Assembly (NCBI RefSeq): GCF_042660085.1
Contig: NZ_JBHSTI010000008.1
Coordinates: 450,001-482,000 of the forward strand
Reading direction: 5' to 3'
From: Longivirga aurantiaca
GTDB lineage: Bacteria; Actinomycetota; Actinomycetes; S36-B12; CAIYMF01
DNA: 32,000 nucleotides
Position 1 is the stretch's first letter, and the number at the start of each line of letters is the position of its first letter. A model generated the notes under the pieces. The model saw nothing but the letters and a program-made list of their open reading frames with translations. It was not told where the DNA came from and did no database searches. Positions 1 to 8,683 of this stretch are shown here, piece after piece. The translations under genes were made by a program, and so were the position numbers.

Positions 1-740
<740 letters not shown>

Positions 741-760
741 CCTTCACGTGTGTGCCCTGA

Positions 761-949
761 GGGTCGATCACGGCAGTTCAACCGCACTTCTTGACCCGAA
801 CTCGGTCGCGTTCGCGCGCCCTGCCGTGATGAGGGGGTACGCCGTACCCGTGTCGGGGCCGGCGTGACCGGGGGCAGCCTCACTGTCCCCCGGGCTCCAA
901 GATCACGAGGAGGGGTCGTCGGGCGTGGTTCAACTGCCCTGATCGACCC
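761..949. repeat. 23-bp imperfect inverted-repeat pair bracketing a structured ~190-bp spacer between convergent gltA and dapD
   Basis: GGGTCGATCACGGCAGTTCAACC (761-783) matches the reverse complement of GGTTCAACTGCCCTGATCGACCC (927-949) at 21/23 positions. An internal alternative partner CTGCCGTGATG lies at 821-831. A small hairpin GGGTAC-GCC-GTACCC lies at 835-849. Confidence 0.6.
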
Positions 950-964
950 AAGGGGCAGAAATGG

Positions 965-1894
965 TCAGTCGTTGGCGTGCAGGTGCTCGTTGAGGGAGCC
1001 CCAGGCGCCGGAGCGCTGCCGGGCCTCGAGCGCGCCGGTCACGCTGTTGCGCCAGAACTGCAGCCCGTGCGCGCCGGAGAGGTCCTTGCCCTTGGCCACC
1101 GTGCCGTCGGGCAGCGTGATCTTCGACCCGCCCGTGACGTAGCAGCCGGCCTCGACCACGCAGTCGTCGCCGAGCGAGATGCCGACTCCGGCGTTCGCGC
1201 CGACGAGGCAGCGCTCGCCGATCGTGACCACCTCCGTGCCGCCGCCGGACAGGGTGCCCATGATCGACGCGCCGCCGCCGACGTCCGACCCGTCGCCGAC
1301 GACGACGCCCGCCGAGATGCGGCCCTCGACCATCGACGCGCCGAGCGTGCCGGCGTTGAAGTTCACGAACCCCTCGTGCATCACGGTGGTGCCGCTCGCG
1401 AGGTGCGCGCCGAGGCGCACGCGGTCGGCGTCGGCGATGCGGACGCCGGACGGCACGACGTAGTCGACCATCCGCGGGAACTTGTCGACGCCGAACACCG
1501 TGAGGTAGCCGCCGCCGCGGCGTACGGACACCTGCACCTGGTTCAGGCGGTCGATCGCCACCGGGCCGAGCGAGGTCCACGCGACGTTGGTGAGCAGCCC
1601 GAAGACGCCGTCGAGCGAGATCGTGCGCGGCTGCACCAGGCGGTGCGAGAGCAGGTGCAGGCGCAGCCATGCATCGGCCGCGTCGACCGGTGCGACCGAC
1701 AGGTCGGCGATCGTGGTCGTCAGCGTGACCGTGCGGGTGCCGCGGACGTCGTCCACGCGCGTCACGTCGCCGAGCCCGGCCACGTCCGTCGGCGTCGCCG
1801 ACAGCGCCGGGGCCGGGTACCAGACGTCGAGCAGCGTGTCGCCGGCGTAGGTCGCGAGGCCGACGGCGGAGGCGGGGGAGGAGAGCAGCGTCAT
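965..1894 (-). CDS. dapD: 2,3,4,5-tetrahydropyridine-2,6-dicarboxylate N-succinyltransferase (actinobacterial type)
   Basis: Left-handed beta-helix hexapeptide repeats are present ([52 protein letters not shown]). The gene is divergent from dapE, as in other actinobacteria. The start is trimmed to ATG 1894 (MTLLSSP); the upstream 31 codons look non-coding. Confidence 0.85.
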   Translation of the reverse strand: MTLLSSPASAVGLATYAGDTLLDVWYPAPALSATPTDVAGLGDVTRVDDVRGTRTVTLTTTIADLSVAPVDAADAWLRLHLLSHRLVQPRTISLDGVFGLLTNVAWTSLGPVAIDRLNQVQVSVRRGGGYLTVFGVDKFPRMVDYVVPSGVRIADADRVRLGAHLASGTTVMHEGFVNFNAGTLGASMVEGRISAGVVVGDGSDVGGGASIMGTLSGGGTEVVTIGERCLVGANAGVGISLGDDCVVEAGCYVTGGSKITLPDGTVAKGKDLSGAHGLQFWRNSVTGALEARQRSGAWGSLNEHLHAND

Positions 1895-2061
1895 GCGGGC
1901 CAACCTACCGAGCGGGCACGCGACCACGCGGCCACGCGGCCAGGCGTCGCCAGGCGTCGGCGTTCCGCGAGGAGCTGTGGACTGCACTGCGTCCGTGACG
2001 GGCGCGGTCCGTCCTCGGAGGGTGGAATCACGCCGGGCGGGCTGGTTCCTGCTGGTGTCGT

Positions 2062-2076
2062 TAGGCTCTGCGGGTG
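2062..2076 (+). promoter_or_regulatory. candidate -10 box (TAGGCT) placed 6 nt before the GTG start: leaderless dapE transcript
   Basis: The sequence reads TAGGCT-ctgcgg-GTG with no Shine-Dalgarno upstream. The same geometry is seen at 5837-5851. Confidence 0.35.
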
Positions 2077-3156
2077 ACCGATGGACCCGTGCTCGACCTG
2101 CACGCCGACCTCGCCGACCTGCTGCAGTCGCTGATCGACGTCCCGAGCGAGTCGCGCGAGGAGCAGGCGCTCGCGGACGCCGTCGAGCGGGCGCTGTCGG
2201 CCTACCCCCACCTGGTCCTGACCCGCGTCGGCCACACGATCGTGGCCCGCACCGACCTCGGCCGCGCCGAGCGCGTGGTGATCGGAGGCCACCTCGACAC
2301 CGTGCCGGCCAACCACAACCTGCCGTCCGAGCGCCGCGACGTCGACGGCGAGGACCGCGTGTACGGACTCGGCGCGTGCGACATGAAGGGCGGCGTCGCC
2401 GTCGCCCTGCAGCTCGCCGCGACGCTCGCCGAGCCCACGCGCGACGTCACCTGGGTCTTCTACGAGGCCGAGGAGATCGACTCGCAGTTCAACGGCCTGC
2501 GCATCCTGGCCGAGTCGCACCCCGACCTGCTCGCGGGCGACTTCGCCGTCCTGATGGAGCCGAGCAACGCCGTGGTCGAGGCGGGCTGCCAGGGCACGAT
2601 GCGCGCCGAGGTGCGCACCACGGGAACCCGCTCGCACAGCGCCCGCAGCTGGATGGGCCACAACGCGATCCACGATGCCGGCGACGTGCTGCGCCGCCTC
2701 GCGGCGTACGAGCCTCGGCAGGTCGAGATCGACGGCCTGGTCTACCGCGAGGGCCTCAACGCGGTCGGCATCAGCGGCGGCGTGGCGGGCAACGTCATCC
2801 CCGACGAGTGCGTCGTCGCGGTCAACTACCGCTTCGCGCCCACGCGTTCGAGCGCGGAGGCCGAGGCGCACGTGCGCGAGGTGTTCGCGGGGTACGACGT
2901 CGCCGTGATCGACACCGTCGACGGCGCCCTGCCCGGCCTCGCCCACCCGGCTGCCGCCGCGTTCGTGGCGGCTGTCGGCGGCGCGCCGAGCCCGAAGTTC
3001 GGATGGACCGACGTCGCCCGGTTCACCGCCCTCGGCGTCCCCGCGGTGAACTTCGGCCCGGGCGACCCGTCGATCGCGCACAGCCAGGGCGAGCACTGCC
3101 CGGTCGGGGACCTCGCGACCGTTGCGCGCGGCCTGCGCGCCTGGCTCACCGCCTAG
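2074..3156 (+). CDS. dapE: succinyl-diaminopimelate desuccinylase (M20 peptidase family)
   Basis: 360-aa ORF with M20 metal-binding motifs ([20 protein letters not shown]). It is divergent from dapD. Confidence 0.9.
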   Translation: MTDGPVLDLHADLADLLQSLIDVPSESREEQALADAVERALSAYPHLVLTRVGHTIVARTDLGRAERVVIGGHLDTVPANHNLPSERRDVDGEDRVYGLGACDMKGGVAVALQLAATLAEPTRDVTWVFYEAEEIDSQFNGLRILAESHPDLLAGDFAVLMEPSNAVVEAGCQGTMRAEVRTTGTRSHSARSWMGHNAIHDAGDVLRRLAAYEPRQVEIDGLVYREGLNAVGISGGVAGNVIPDECVVAVNYRFAPTRSSAEAEAHVREVFAGYDVAVIDTVDGALPGLAHPAAAAFVAAVGGAPSPKFGWTDVARFTALGVPAVNFGPGDPSIAHSQGEHCPVGDLATVARGLRAWLTA

Positions 3157-3194
3157 CCGTACGCGGAAGGCGCGGGCTCTCCGAGTGGCGAGGC

Positions 3195-3608
3195 TCAGGG
3201 CGCGGTGACGAAGAGCGCGGCGTTGGCCCGCACGTTCTCCTGGTCGGTCCAGTACCCGGGGTCGGTCGAGACGAGCCGCCAGCCGGCCGTCGGCGAGGCC
3301 GACGACAGCGGCGGAAGGTACGCAGCGACCGTGACGGCTGGGTCCTGGCCCTCGATCGCCTTCACGTCGGCGGTGGTGTCCTGGAAGAGCAGGTCGGTGG
3401 CGAGGGTCTCGCCGAGGACGGCGTCCGCCACCTCGTAGTCGCTCACCCAGTAGTCGCGGCCGTCGTACCGGACGATCACCCCGGACTTCGAGCTGTCGAT
3501 GCCCGGCGATCCGCTGCCGAACCATCCGCTCGAGACGCCGAGAGCCGCCACGACGCCCACGATGACGGCGACGAGCGCGCCCACGGTCCACCCGCGCTGC
3601 TTGGTCAT
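3195..3608 (-). CDS. hypothetical membrane-anchored protein (single N-terminal TM, extracytoplasmic domain)
   Basis: Start trimmed to ATG 3608 (MTKQRGWTVGALVAVIVGVVAALGV). The upstream part of the track ORF is P/R/G-rich off-frame-like sequence. GC3-rich codons. Confidence 0.6.
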   Translation of the reverse strand: MTKQRGWTVGALVAVIVGVVAALGVSSGWFGSGSPGIDSSKSGVIVRYDGRDYWVSDYEVADAVLGETLATDLLFQDTTADVKAIEGQDPAVTVAAYLPPLSSASPTAGWRLVSTDPGYWTDQENVRANAALFVTAP

Positions 3609-3723
3609 GCCGCCACCCCACCCGAGTCGGTCCCCGCGGCGGTGTGACGCAGGCCTCACGCGCGCGGTTCCGTCGGTCCAGCCCGGGATGCCGCCCCGGC
3701 TGGGGGCGTGCGAGGCTCGCACC

Positions 3724-3975
3724 GTGAGCTTCAACCGGCGCAACCCCGACGACCCGCAGCCGAGGCCCTGGAACCCGTGGCTGCTCGGCGGCTGCATCGT
3801 CAGCGGCCTCGGGGCGTTCCTCCTGACCTTCCTGCTGCCGAACGAGCTCTTCGCGCCCGGCAACGAAGGCGTCGTCACGGTGACCGCGATGGTCTACATG
3901 GTCGGCTTCATCGCGCTCGTCGGCCTCTGCATCACCCTGGGCTACTGGGCCTCCCGGCAGCGCAACCGCCGCTAG
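3724..3975 (+). CDS. small (83 aa) two-TM membrane protein, function unknown
   Basis: GTG 3724 is followed by two hydrophobic segments (WLLGGCIVSGLGAFLLTFLL; VTAMVYMVGFIALVGLCITLGYW). GC3 bias is very strong. Its stop overlaps the convergent hydrolase stop (CTAG). Confidence 0.55.
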   Translation: MSFNRRNPDDPQPRPWNPWLLGGCIVSGLGAFLLTFLLPNELFAPGNEGVVTVTAMVYMVGFIALVGLCITLGYWASRQRNRR

Positions 3976-4895
3976 GGCACGAGCCCGTCCACGAACTCCA
4001 CGCTCGCGGCACTGATCTGCGCCCGGGCGTCGTCGTGGCTGATAGTGGGTGTCCCGTCACCGGGTTGCGGCCCGTAGTCGCCGAAGTACGCGTGCACGGC
4101 ACCCTCGATCACGGTGAACGTCGCGGTCGGCGGCAGGTTCGCCCGCGACGCGTCGATGTCGGAGGGGGTCGCGAGCCCGTCGAGGCTCCCCGACACCGAC
4201 AGCACCGACGAGCCGAGGGTGTCGCTCATGTCGGACGCGGGGTACGACGCGTAGAGCAGCAGCCCGGCCGCCACGCCGAGCCCGTCGGCGGTGCTCGACT
4301 CCGCCTCGATGGCGGCCACGGTGCCGCCGAGGGAGTGGCCGGCCACCACCCAGCGCTGCACCTCGGGGTACGCCGAGCGCGCCGAGTCGAAGGCGCCGAG
4401 CGCGAGGAACGCGATCGAGAGCGGCTGCTTCACGATCACGACCCGATGGCCCGCCTCGGCCAGGGGGCGCAGCACCGCGGCGTACGCCCGGGCCTCGACC
4501 TTCGCGCCGGGCTGGAACAGGACCCCGACCTCGTCGGAGCCCGAGACCGGCGTCAGCACGATGTCGGTCATCGACTCGGTCACGGTGACGGTCGCATCGC
4601 TCTGCAGGGCGGCCAGCGCCGGCTCGACCGCGCTGAACGGCCGCAGCCACCACATCGCGGCGACCCACAGGACGCCCAGCACGGGCGCGGCCACGCGGAG
4701 GAACCGCCGGAACCCACCTCGCTCGCGGGGTTCGCCGAGGGAGCGCACGAGGCTCACGACCGCGACGACGACCGTCAGCGCCAGGAGCACGGCGTACGCC
4801 GGGTGCCCGTGCACGACCGCCGGCCACGCCGTCAGGCACGCCCAGGCCACGACGGCGAGCGCCACCGCCGCCACACCCCGCGAGAACCAGACCAT
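3972..4895 (-). CDS. membrane-anchored alpha/beta hydrolase
   Basis: Nucleophile elbow GHSLGG is present. N-terminal hydrophobic segments precede the hydrolase fold. Start trimmed to ATG 4895 (MVWFSRG). Confidence 0.75.
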   Translation of the reverse strand: MVWFSRGVAAVALAVVAWACLTAWPAVVHGHPAYAVLLALTVVVAVVSLVRSLGEPRERGGFRRFLRVAAPVLGVLWVAAMWWLRPFSAVEPALAALQSDATVTVTESMTDIVLTPVSGSDEVGVLFQPGAKVEARAYAAVLRPLAEAGHRVVIVKQPLSIAFLALGAFDSARSAYPEVQRWVVAGHSLGGTVAAIEAESSTADGLGVAAGLLLYASYPASDMSDTLGSSVLSVSGSLDGLATPSDIDASRANLPPTATFTVIEGAVHAYFGDYGPQPGDGTPTISHDDARAQISAASVEFVDGLVP

Positions 4896-5045
4896 GTGCC
4901 CCTCACCCCCACCGCAGCCGTGTGCTGCGAGCCCGACGCTAGCGCCGCGTGCCGGCGCCGTACGCCCGGGCACGGCGCGAGGGGCGGCCCGCCGGAGCGG
5001 ACCGACCCTCGGCGACCAGGTCGTGCACGTGGTGCTGGGCCCGGG

Positions 5046-5666
5046 TCAGGCCGCGGCGCCGCGCCGCAGCTGACCGGCCACGGCGACGGTGCGCTGGGCC
5101 AGGTGGTCGAGAGCGGCGAACTCCTCGTCGGCCGGGGCGGCAGCACCGTTGAACGAGACGTGCGAGACGCCGTAGGGGTTGCCGTCGTTGAACTTCACGG
5201 CCGGGTCGGTGTAGCCCGGGGGCACGATGATGCCGCCGAAGTGGTAGACCGAGTTGTAGAGCGCGAGCAGCGTCGTCTCCTGGCCTCCGCGCTTGGTGCC
5301 GGTCGAGACGAACCCGGCGTACACCTTGTTGGCGAGCTTGCCCTGGGCCCAGAGGCCGCCGAGGCTGTCGAGGTACTGCTTGAGCTGCGCGGCGAGGTTG
5401 CCGAAGCGGGTGGGCGTGCCGAAGAGCACGACGTCGGCCCAGTCGATGTCGTCGGCGGTCGCGACCGGGATGTCGGCGGTGGCGGCAGCGTGGGCGGCCC
5501 AGGCCTCGTTGGAGGCGATGGCCTCGGCGGGCGCGAGCTCGGCGACCTTGACCAGGCGCACCTCGGCGCCGGCCTTCTCCGCGGCCTGTGCGGCGCGGGC
5601 GGCCATGGTGTGCACCGATCCGGTGGACGAGTAGTAGATGACGGCGACCTTGACGGCGTCGGACAT
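5046..5666 (-). CDS. wrbA: NAD(P)H:quinone oxidoreductase, type IV (flavodoxin-like WrbA)
   Basis: VAVIYYSSTGSVHTMA ... FGTPTRFGNLAAQLKQYLD ... STGTKRGGQETT is the typical WrbA pattern. A GGAGG RBS lies upstream of the ATG. Confidence 0.9.
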   Translation of the reverse strand: MSDAVKVAVIYYSSTGSVHTMAARAAQAAEKAGAEVRLVKVAELAPAEAIASNEAWAAHAAATADIPVATADDIDWADVVLFGTPTRFGNLAAQLKQYLDSLGGLWAQGKLANKVYAGFVSTGTKRGGQETTLLALYNSVYHFGGIIVPPGYTDPAVKFNDGNPYGVSHVSFNGAAAPADEEFAALDHLAQRTVAVAGQLRRGAAA

Positions 5667-5680
5667 GGGGAGCCTCCAGA

Positions 5681-5740
5681 GCAGTTAGTTGAGCGTTCAA
5701 CGTCTGCAAGTAGTTGAACACACAACAATTTGGTCTGCAA
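5681..5740. promoter_or_regulatory. operator-like imperfect palindrome plus direct repeats in the wrbA/LOG divergent region
   Basis: GCAGttaGTTGAgCGtTCAACgtCTGC (5681-5707) is followed by a GTTGAAC half-site (5713-5719). Two copies of TCTGCAA occur at 5703-5709 and 5734-5740. This is the locally most AT-rich stretch of the window. Confidence 0.3.
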
Positions 5741-5836
5741 CCCGGCGTCCGCTGATCGGGAGGGAGTTCACGCGGTGTTCACGGCGGGGCGACGCACGGA
5801 CGGGCCCGGGGTGGCCCGCGGCGGCGCAGGACGGGT

Positions 5837-5851
5837 TAGCGTCCTCGGGTG
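5837..5851 (+). promoter_or_regulatory. candidate -10 box (TAGCGT) 6 nt before the GTG start: leaderless LOG-family transcript
   Basis: The sequence reads TAGCGT-cctcgg-GTG with no SD. It parallels the dapE arrangement at 2062-2076. Confidence 0.35.
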
Positions 5852-6658
5852 AGCTTCCCCCTGCTGCCCGACGGCACCGCGCACCCGCCCACCCGCACCA
5901 AGGGCCCGGTGACCCTGCGCCGGTCGCAGGTGCCGCCGACGACGACCGACCAGCGCCTCCTCGACTCCCCCGGGGAGAGCGACTGGGTCCACACCGACCC
6001 GTGGCGAGTCCTGCGCATCCAGGCCGAGTTCGTCGAGGGCTTCGGCGCGCTCGCCGGGCTGGGTGCGGCGGTCAGCATCTTCGGCTCGGCGCGCACCAAG
6101 CCTGAGGACCCGGCGTACCAGCAGGCGCACGACGTCGCGGCCAAGCTGGTCGACGCCGGCTTCGCGGTGATCACGGGCGGCGGCCCGGGCGTCATGGAGG
6201 CGGCCAACAAGGGTGCGTACGACGCAGGCGGCACGTCGGTCGGGCTCGGCATCGAGCTGCCGTTCGAGCAGGGCATGAACGCGTACGTCGACCTCGGCGT
6301 GAACTTCCGCTACTTCTTCGCGCGCAAGACGATGTTCGTGAAGTACGCGCAGGCCTTCGTGGTGTTCCCCGGCGGCTTCGGCACCCTCGACGAGCTCTTC
6401 GAGTCGCTCACGCTCGTGCAGACGCGGAAGGTGACGTCGTTCCCCGTCGTCCTCGTGGGCACCAGCTACTGGGGCGGCCTGGTCGACTGGATCCGCGGCA
6501 CGATGCTCGAGACCGGCCGGATCTCGCCGCAGGACTTCGACCTCGTCCACCTCACCGACGATCTCGACGAGGTGGTCCGCATCATCCTTGCCGCGCAAGA
6601 GGTCCATGGCCGCGCGGGCAACGGCGCCCATCACGTCGAGCCCCCTGTGGAGGCCTGA
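5849..6658 (+). CDS. LOG family / TIGR00730 Rossmann-fold nucleotide-binding protein (long form with ~70-aa N-terminal extension)
   Basis: GGGPGVMEAANKGA and PGGFGTLDELFE motifs. Confidence 0.85.
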   Translation: MSFPLLPDGTAHPPTRTKGPVTLRRSQVPPTTTDQRLLDSPGESDWVHTDPWRVLRIQAEFVEGFGALAGLGAAVSIFGSARTKPEDPAYQQAHDVAAKLVDAGFAVITGGGPGVMEAANKGAYDAGGTSVGLGIELPFEQGMNAYVDLGVNFRYFFARKTMFVKYAQAFVVFPGGFGTLDELFESLTLVQTRKVTSFPVVLVGTSYWGGLVDWIRGTMLETGRISPQDFDLVHLTDDLDEVVRIILAAQEVHGRAGNGAHHVEPPVEA

Positions 6659-6659
6659 G

Positions 6660-7265
6660 ATGCCCTCGGTCGCAGTGTTCTGCGCGTCCAGCGAAGACAT
6701 CGACGAGCGGTACAAGGTGCTGGCCGCGGAGGTGGGCTTCGCGCTCGCCCGTCGCGGCTGGACCCTCGTCAGCGGCGGCGGCTCGGTGAGCTCGATGGGT
6801 GCCGTGGCGCGTGCTGCGCGCGCGGGCGGCGCGCACACCATCGGCATCATCCCCCGCGCACTGGTCGAGATGGAGGTCGCCGACCACGGCGCCGACGAGC
6901 TCGTCGTCACCGACGACATGCGTGAGCGCAAGGCCGAGATGGACCGTCGTGCCGACGCGTTCCTGACCCTGCCGGGCGGCATCGGCACGCTCGAGGAGCT
7001 GCTCGAGATCTGGGTCGCCCGCTCGCTGCGGATGCACGACAAGCCGATCGTCGTGCTCGACCCATGGCGCGACCTCCACCCGCTCGCCGAGCTCGTGAGC
7101 GGCCTCGTCGAGGCCGGCTTCGTGCGCGACGTCGCCGCCGCCCAGCTCGTGTGGACGTCGTCGGTCGACGAGGCGATGGCCGCGATCGAGGACGGCTGGG
7201 CCGAGGCGGGCAGCGTCGTGCACAGCGAGCCCACAGCGAACGAGTGGCTCGAAGCCGAGCCGTGA
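6660..7265 (+). CDS. LOG family protein (short form), tandem paralogue
   Basis: Motifs SGGGSVSSMGAVARAA and LPGGIGTLEELLE. ATG 6660 lies 1 nt after the upstream stop (TGAgATG). Confidence 0.85.
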   Translation: MPSVAVFCASSEDIDERYKVLAAEVGFALARRGWTLVSGGGSVSSMGAVARAARAGGAHTIGIIPRALVEMEVADHGADELVVTDDMRERKAEMDRRADAFLTLPGGIGTLEELLEIWVARSLRMHDKPIVVLDPWRDLHPLAELVSGLVEAGFVRDVAAAQLVWTSSVDEAMAAIEDGWAEAGSVVHSEPTANEWLEAEP

Positions 7266-7273
7266 CAGTCCCC

Positions 7274-7333
7274 GAGTTACTGCCCAAATGCTCGCTGAGC
7301 ATGGTCGTTCAACGACCATGTGGGCAGTAACTC
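7274..7333. repeat. 60-bp palindromic REP-like element, copy 1 (between convergent LOG and ICMT-like genes)
   Basis: The terminal arms GAGTTACTGCCCA / TGGGCAGTAACTC are perfectly complementary. Two inner hairpins are present: ATGCTC-GCT-GAGCAT and CATGGTCGTT-C-AACGACCATG. Positions 1-27 and 45-60 are shared with the copy at 25904-25963. Confidence 0.75.
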
Positions 7334-7340
7334 GCGTACC

Positions 7341-7820
7341 TCAGCGGAGGTAGGGGACGAGGGCCCAGCGGACCTGCATCCGGTACGCCGGATACTCGGG
7401 ATAGGCCTCGGCGAGCCACTGCTCCTCGACCTGGCGCTTGAGGTCGAGCACGACCGCGAGCGCGGCGAACGGGATCAGCACGCAGGGCGAGGTCAGCAGC
7501 GCCCAGCCGAGCACGCCGCAGAGCACCGAGAGGTACATCGGGTGCCGGACGACGCCGTACACGCCGTCGGTGCGCAGGCGCCCGCCGTCGCGCGGCTGCG
7601 GCAGCGCGGTGAGCGAGGGCCCCAGCCCCACCGCGGCGAGCACGGCGACGACGACGCCCGCGGACAGGACGAGGATCCCGATGTAGCGCAGCCCGCCGGC
7701 CCAGGCCTCGCCCCAGCCGGACAGGTCCGTGAGGCCCAGCACGAGGGCGACACCGAGCAGCGCGAACTGCAGCGCCACCCAGCCGCCGCCGCGGCCGCCG
7801 AGCCGGGGCAGGCCGCTCAC
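7341..7820 (-). CDS. isoprenylcysteine carboxyl methyltransferase (ICMT)/phospholipid methyltransferase family membrane protein
   Basis: Polytopic hydrophobic 159-aa ORF with the family motif DGVYGVVRHPMY. Confidence 0.8.
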   Translation of the reverse strand: MSGLPRLGGRGGGWVALQFALLGVALVLGLTDLSGWGEAWAGGLRYIGILVLSAGVVVAVLAAVGLGPSLTALPQPRDGGRLRTDGVYGVVRHPMYLSVLCGVLGWALLTSPCVLIPFAALAVVLDLKRQVEEQWLAEAYPEYPAYRMQVRWALVPYLR

Positions 7821-7905
7821 TGCGTGGATCCGTGGGTCATGGCCTCATCGTGCCGTGCCCGGACGCGCGTCGCCGCCCGGGTGGGGGCTCCGGGCGGTCA
7901 CGCGC

Positions 7906-7928
7906 GGGCATCCGGCGACCGGATGCCC
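7906..7928 (-). terminator. hairpin downstream of the Gly-Met-tail protein gene
   Basis: GGGCATCCGG-CGA-CCGGATGCCC is a perfect 10-bp stem, 19 nt past the stop. There is no U-tract, which is common in high-GC actinobacteria. Confidence 0.5.
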
Positions 7929-7946
7929 GTCGTCCGCGAGCTGCGC

Positions 7947-8537
7947 TCAGACGTCGTCGTCGTCGAGTCCCATGCCGGCCCCCATGCCGCCCCCCATGCC
8001 GGCCATGCCTGCGCCCATGCCGCCCATGCCGCCCATGCCCGCGCGGCCGCCGGCGACGCGGTCCTTGAGCTTCGCGAGGGCGTCGGGGGACAGCGCCCGC
8101 ACGGTGTCGGCCGTGCCCGCCGAGGCGCGCACCAGGGCGGTGTCGCCGACCACCAGGTCGGTGCCGCTCACGGTGCTGCGGTCACGGCGTACGACGGTGG
8201 AGTCGCCGATGGCGTAGGTGGCCGTGAAGCCGTCCGAGCTCTTCACGGTGACCGAGGTGGCGGATGCGGCTGTGATCTCGCCGCGCTGCACGTCGACCAC
8301 CTTCGTGCCGGTGTCGGTCTTCACGGTGAGGGACCCGTGCAGGACGTCGCGCATCATGCCGCGGCGCGCCTTCCCGGCGGCCGTGTCCGCCGTCGCCGCG
8401 GCCGCAGCCGTGCCCGACGGGACGGCTGCGGGGCCGAACGAGCCGGCGGATGCGACGCCGCTGAGGACGGTGGCGCCGATCGCCCCGGCGGTCACCCAGG
8501 CGACGGCGGTGGCGGCCTTGCGGGCGGTGGTGCTCAT
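7947..8537 (-). CDS. secreted protein with beta-rich core and C-terminal Gly/Met repeat tail
   Basis: Signal-peptide-like N-terminus (MSTTARKAATAVAWVTAGAIGATVLSGVASA). AGGAG RBS. C-terminus is GMGGMGGMGAGMAGMGGGMGAGMGLDDDDV. Confidence 0.7.
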   Translation of the reverse strand: MSTTARKAATAVAWVTAGAIGATVLSGVASAGSFGPAAVPSGTAAAAATADTAAGKARRGMMRDVLHGSLTVKTDTGTKVVDVQRGEITAASATSVTVKSSDGFTATYAIGDSTVVRRDRSTVSGTDLVVGDTALVRASAGTADTVRALSPDALAKLKDRVAGGRAGMGGMGGMGAGMAGMGGGMGAGMGLDDDDV

Positions 8538-8683
8538 GGCGTGCTCCTGCGGGGCTGGAGGACCTCGCGTCCTCGACTGCCTCCACTGTGCGCCGCCCCC
8601 GTACGGCAGTCGTCCCAGGCGTGTTCGGGTCGTGTAAAGACCGTCAGCGGCGACGCGGCAGCATCCTCATCGGACGACCAGGG

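Noticed and set aside
1891-3647. Track ORFs 1891..3621(-) of 576 aa and 1893..3647(+) of 584 aa, overlapping dapE
   Set aside because: Their composition is Arg/Pro/Gly/Ala-dominated and low-complexity, typical of wrong-frame or antisense reading in >70% GC DNA. The dapE frame has clear family motifs and GC3 bias.
3708-5717. 669-aa plus-strand ORF spanning the hydrolase and wrbA regions
   Set aside because: It is antisense to two well-supported minus-strand genes, is R/G/P/H-rich and has no motifs. Only its extreme 5' region lies near the real small membrane gene (3724..3975), which is in a different frame.
5768-7319. 488-aa and 245-aa minus-strand ORFs antisense to the two LOG genes
   Set aside because: No motifs and biased off-frame composition. 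The LOG frames carry diagnostic motifs.
7970-8045. Short tandem CCCATGCC(G/C) repeats, considered as a possible CRISPR-like or microsatellite feature
   Set aside because: The units are 6-9 nt, contiguous and in-frame within a CDS (the Gly-Met tail). There are no spacers, so this is not a CRISPR array.
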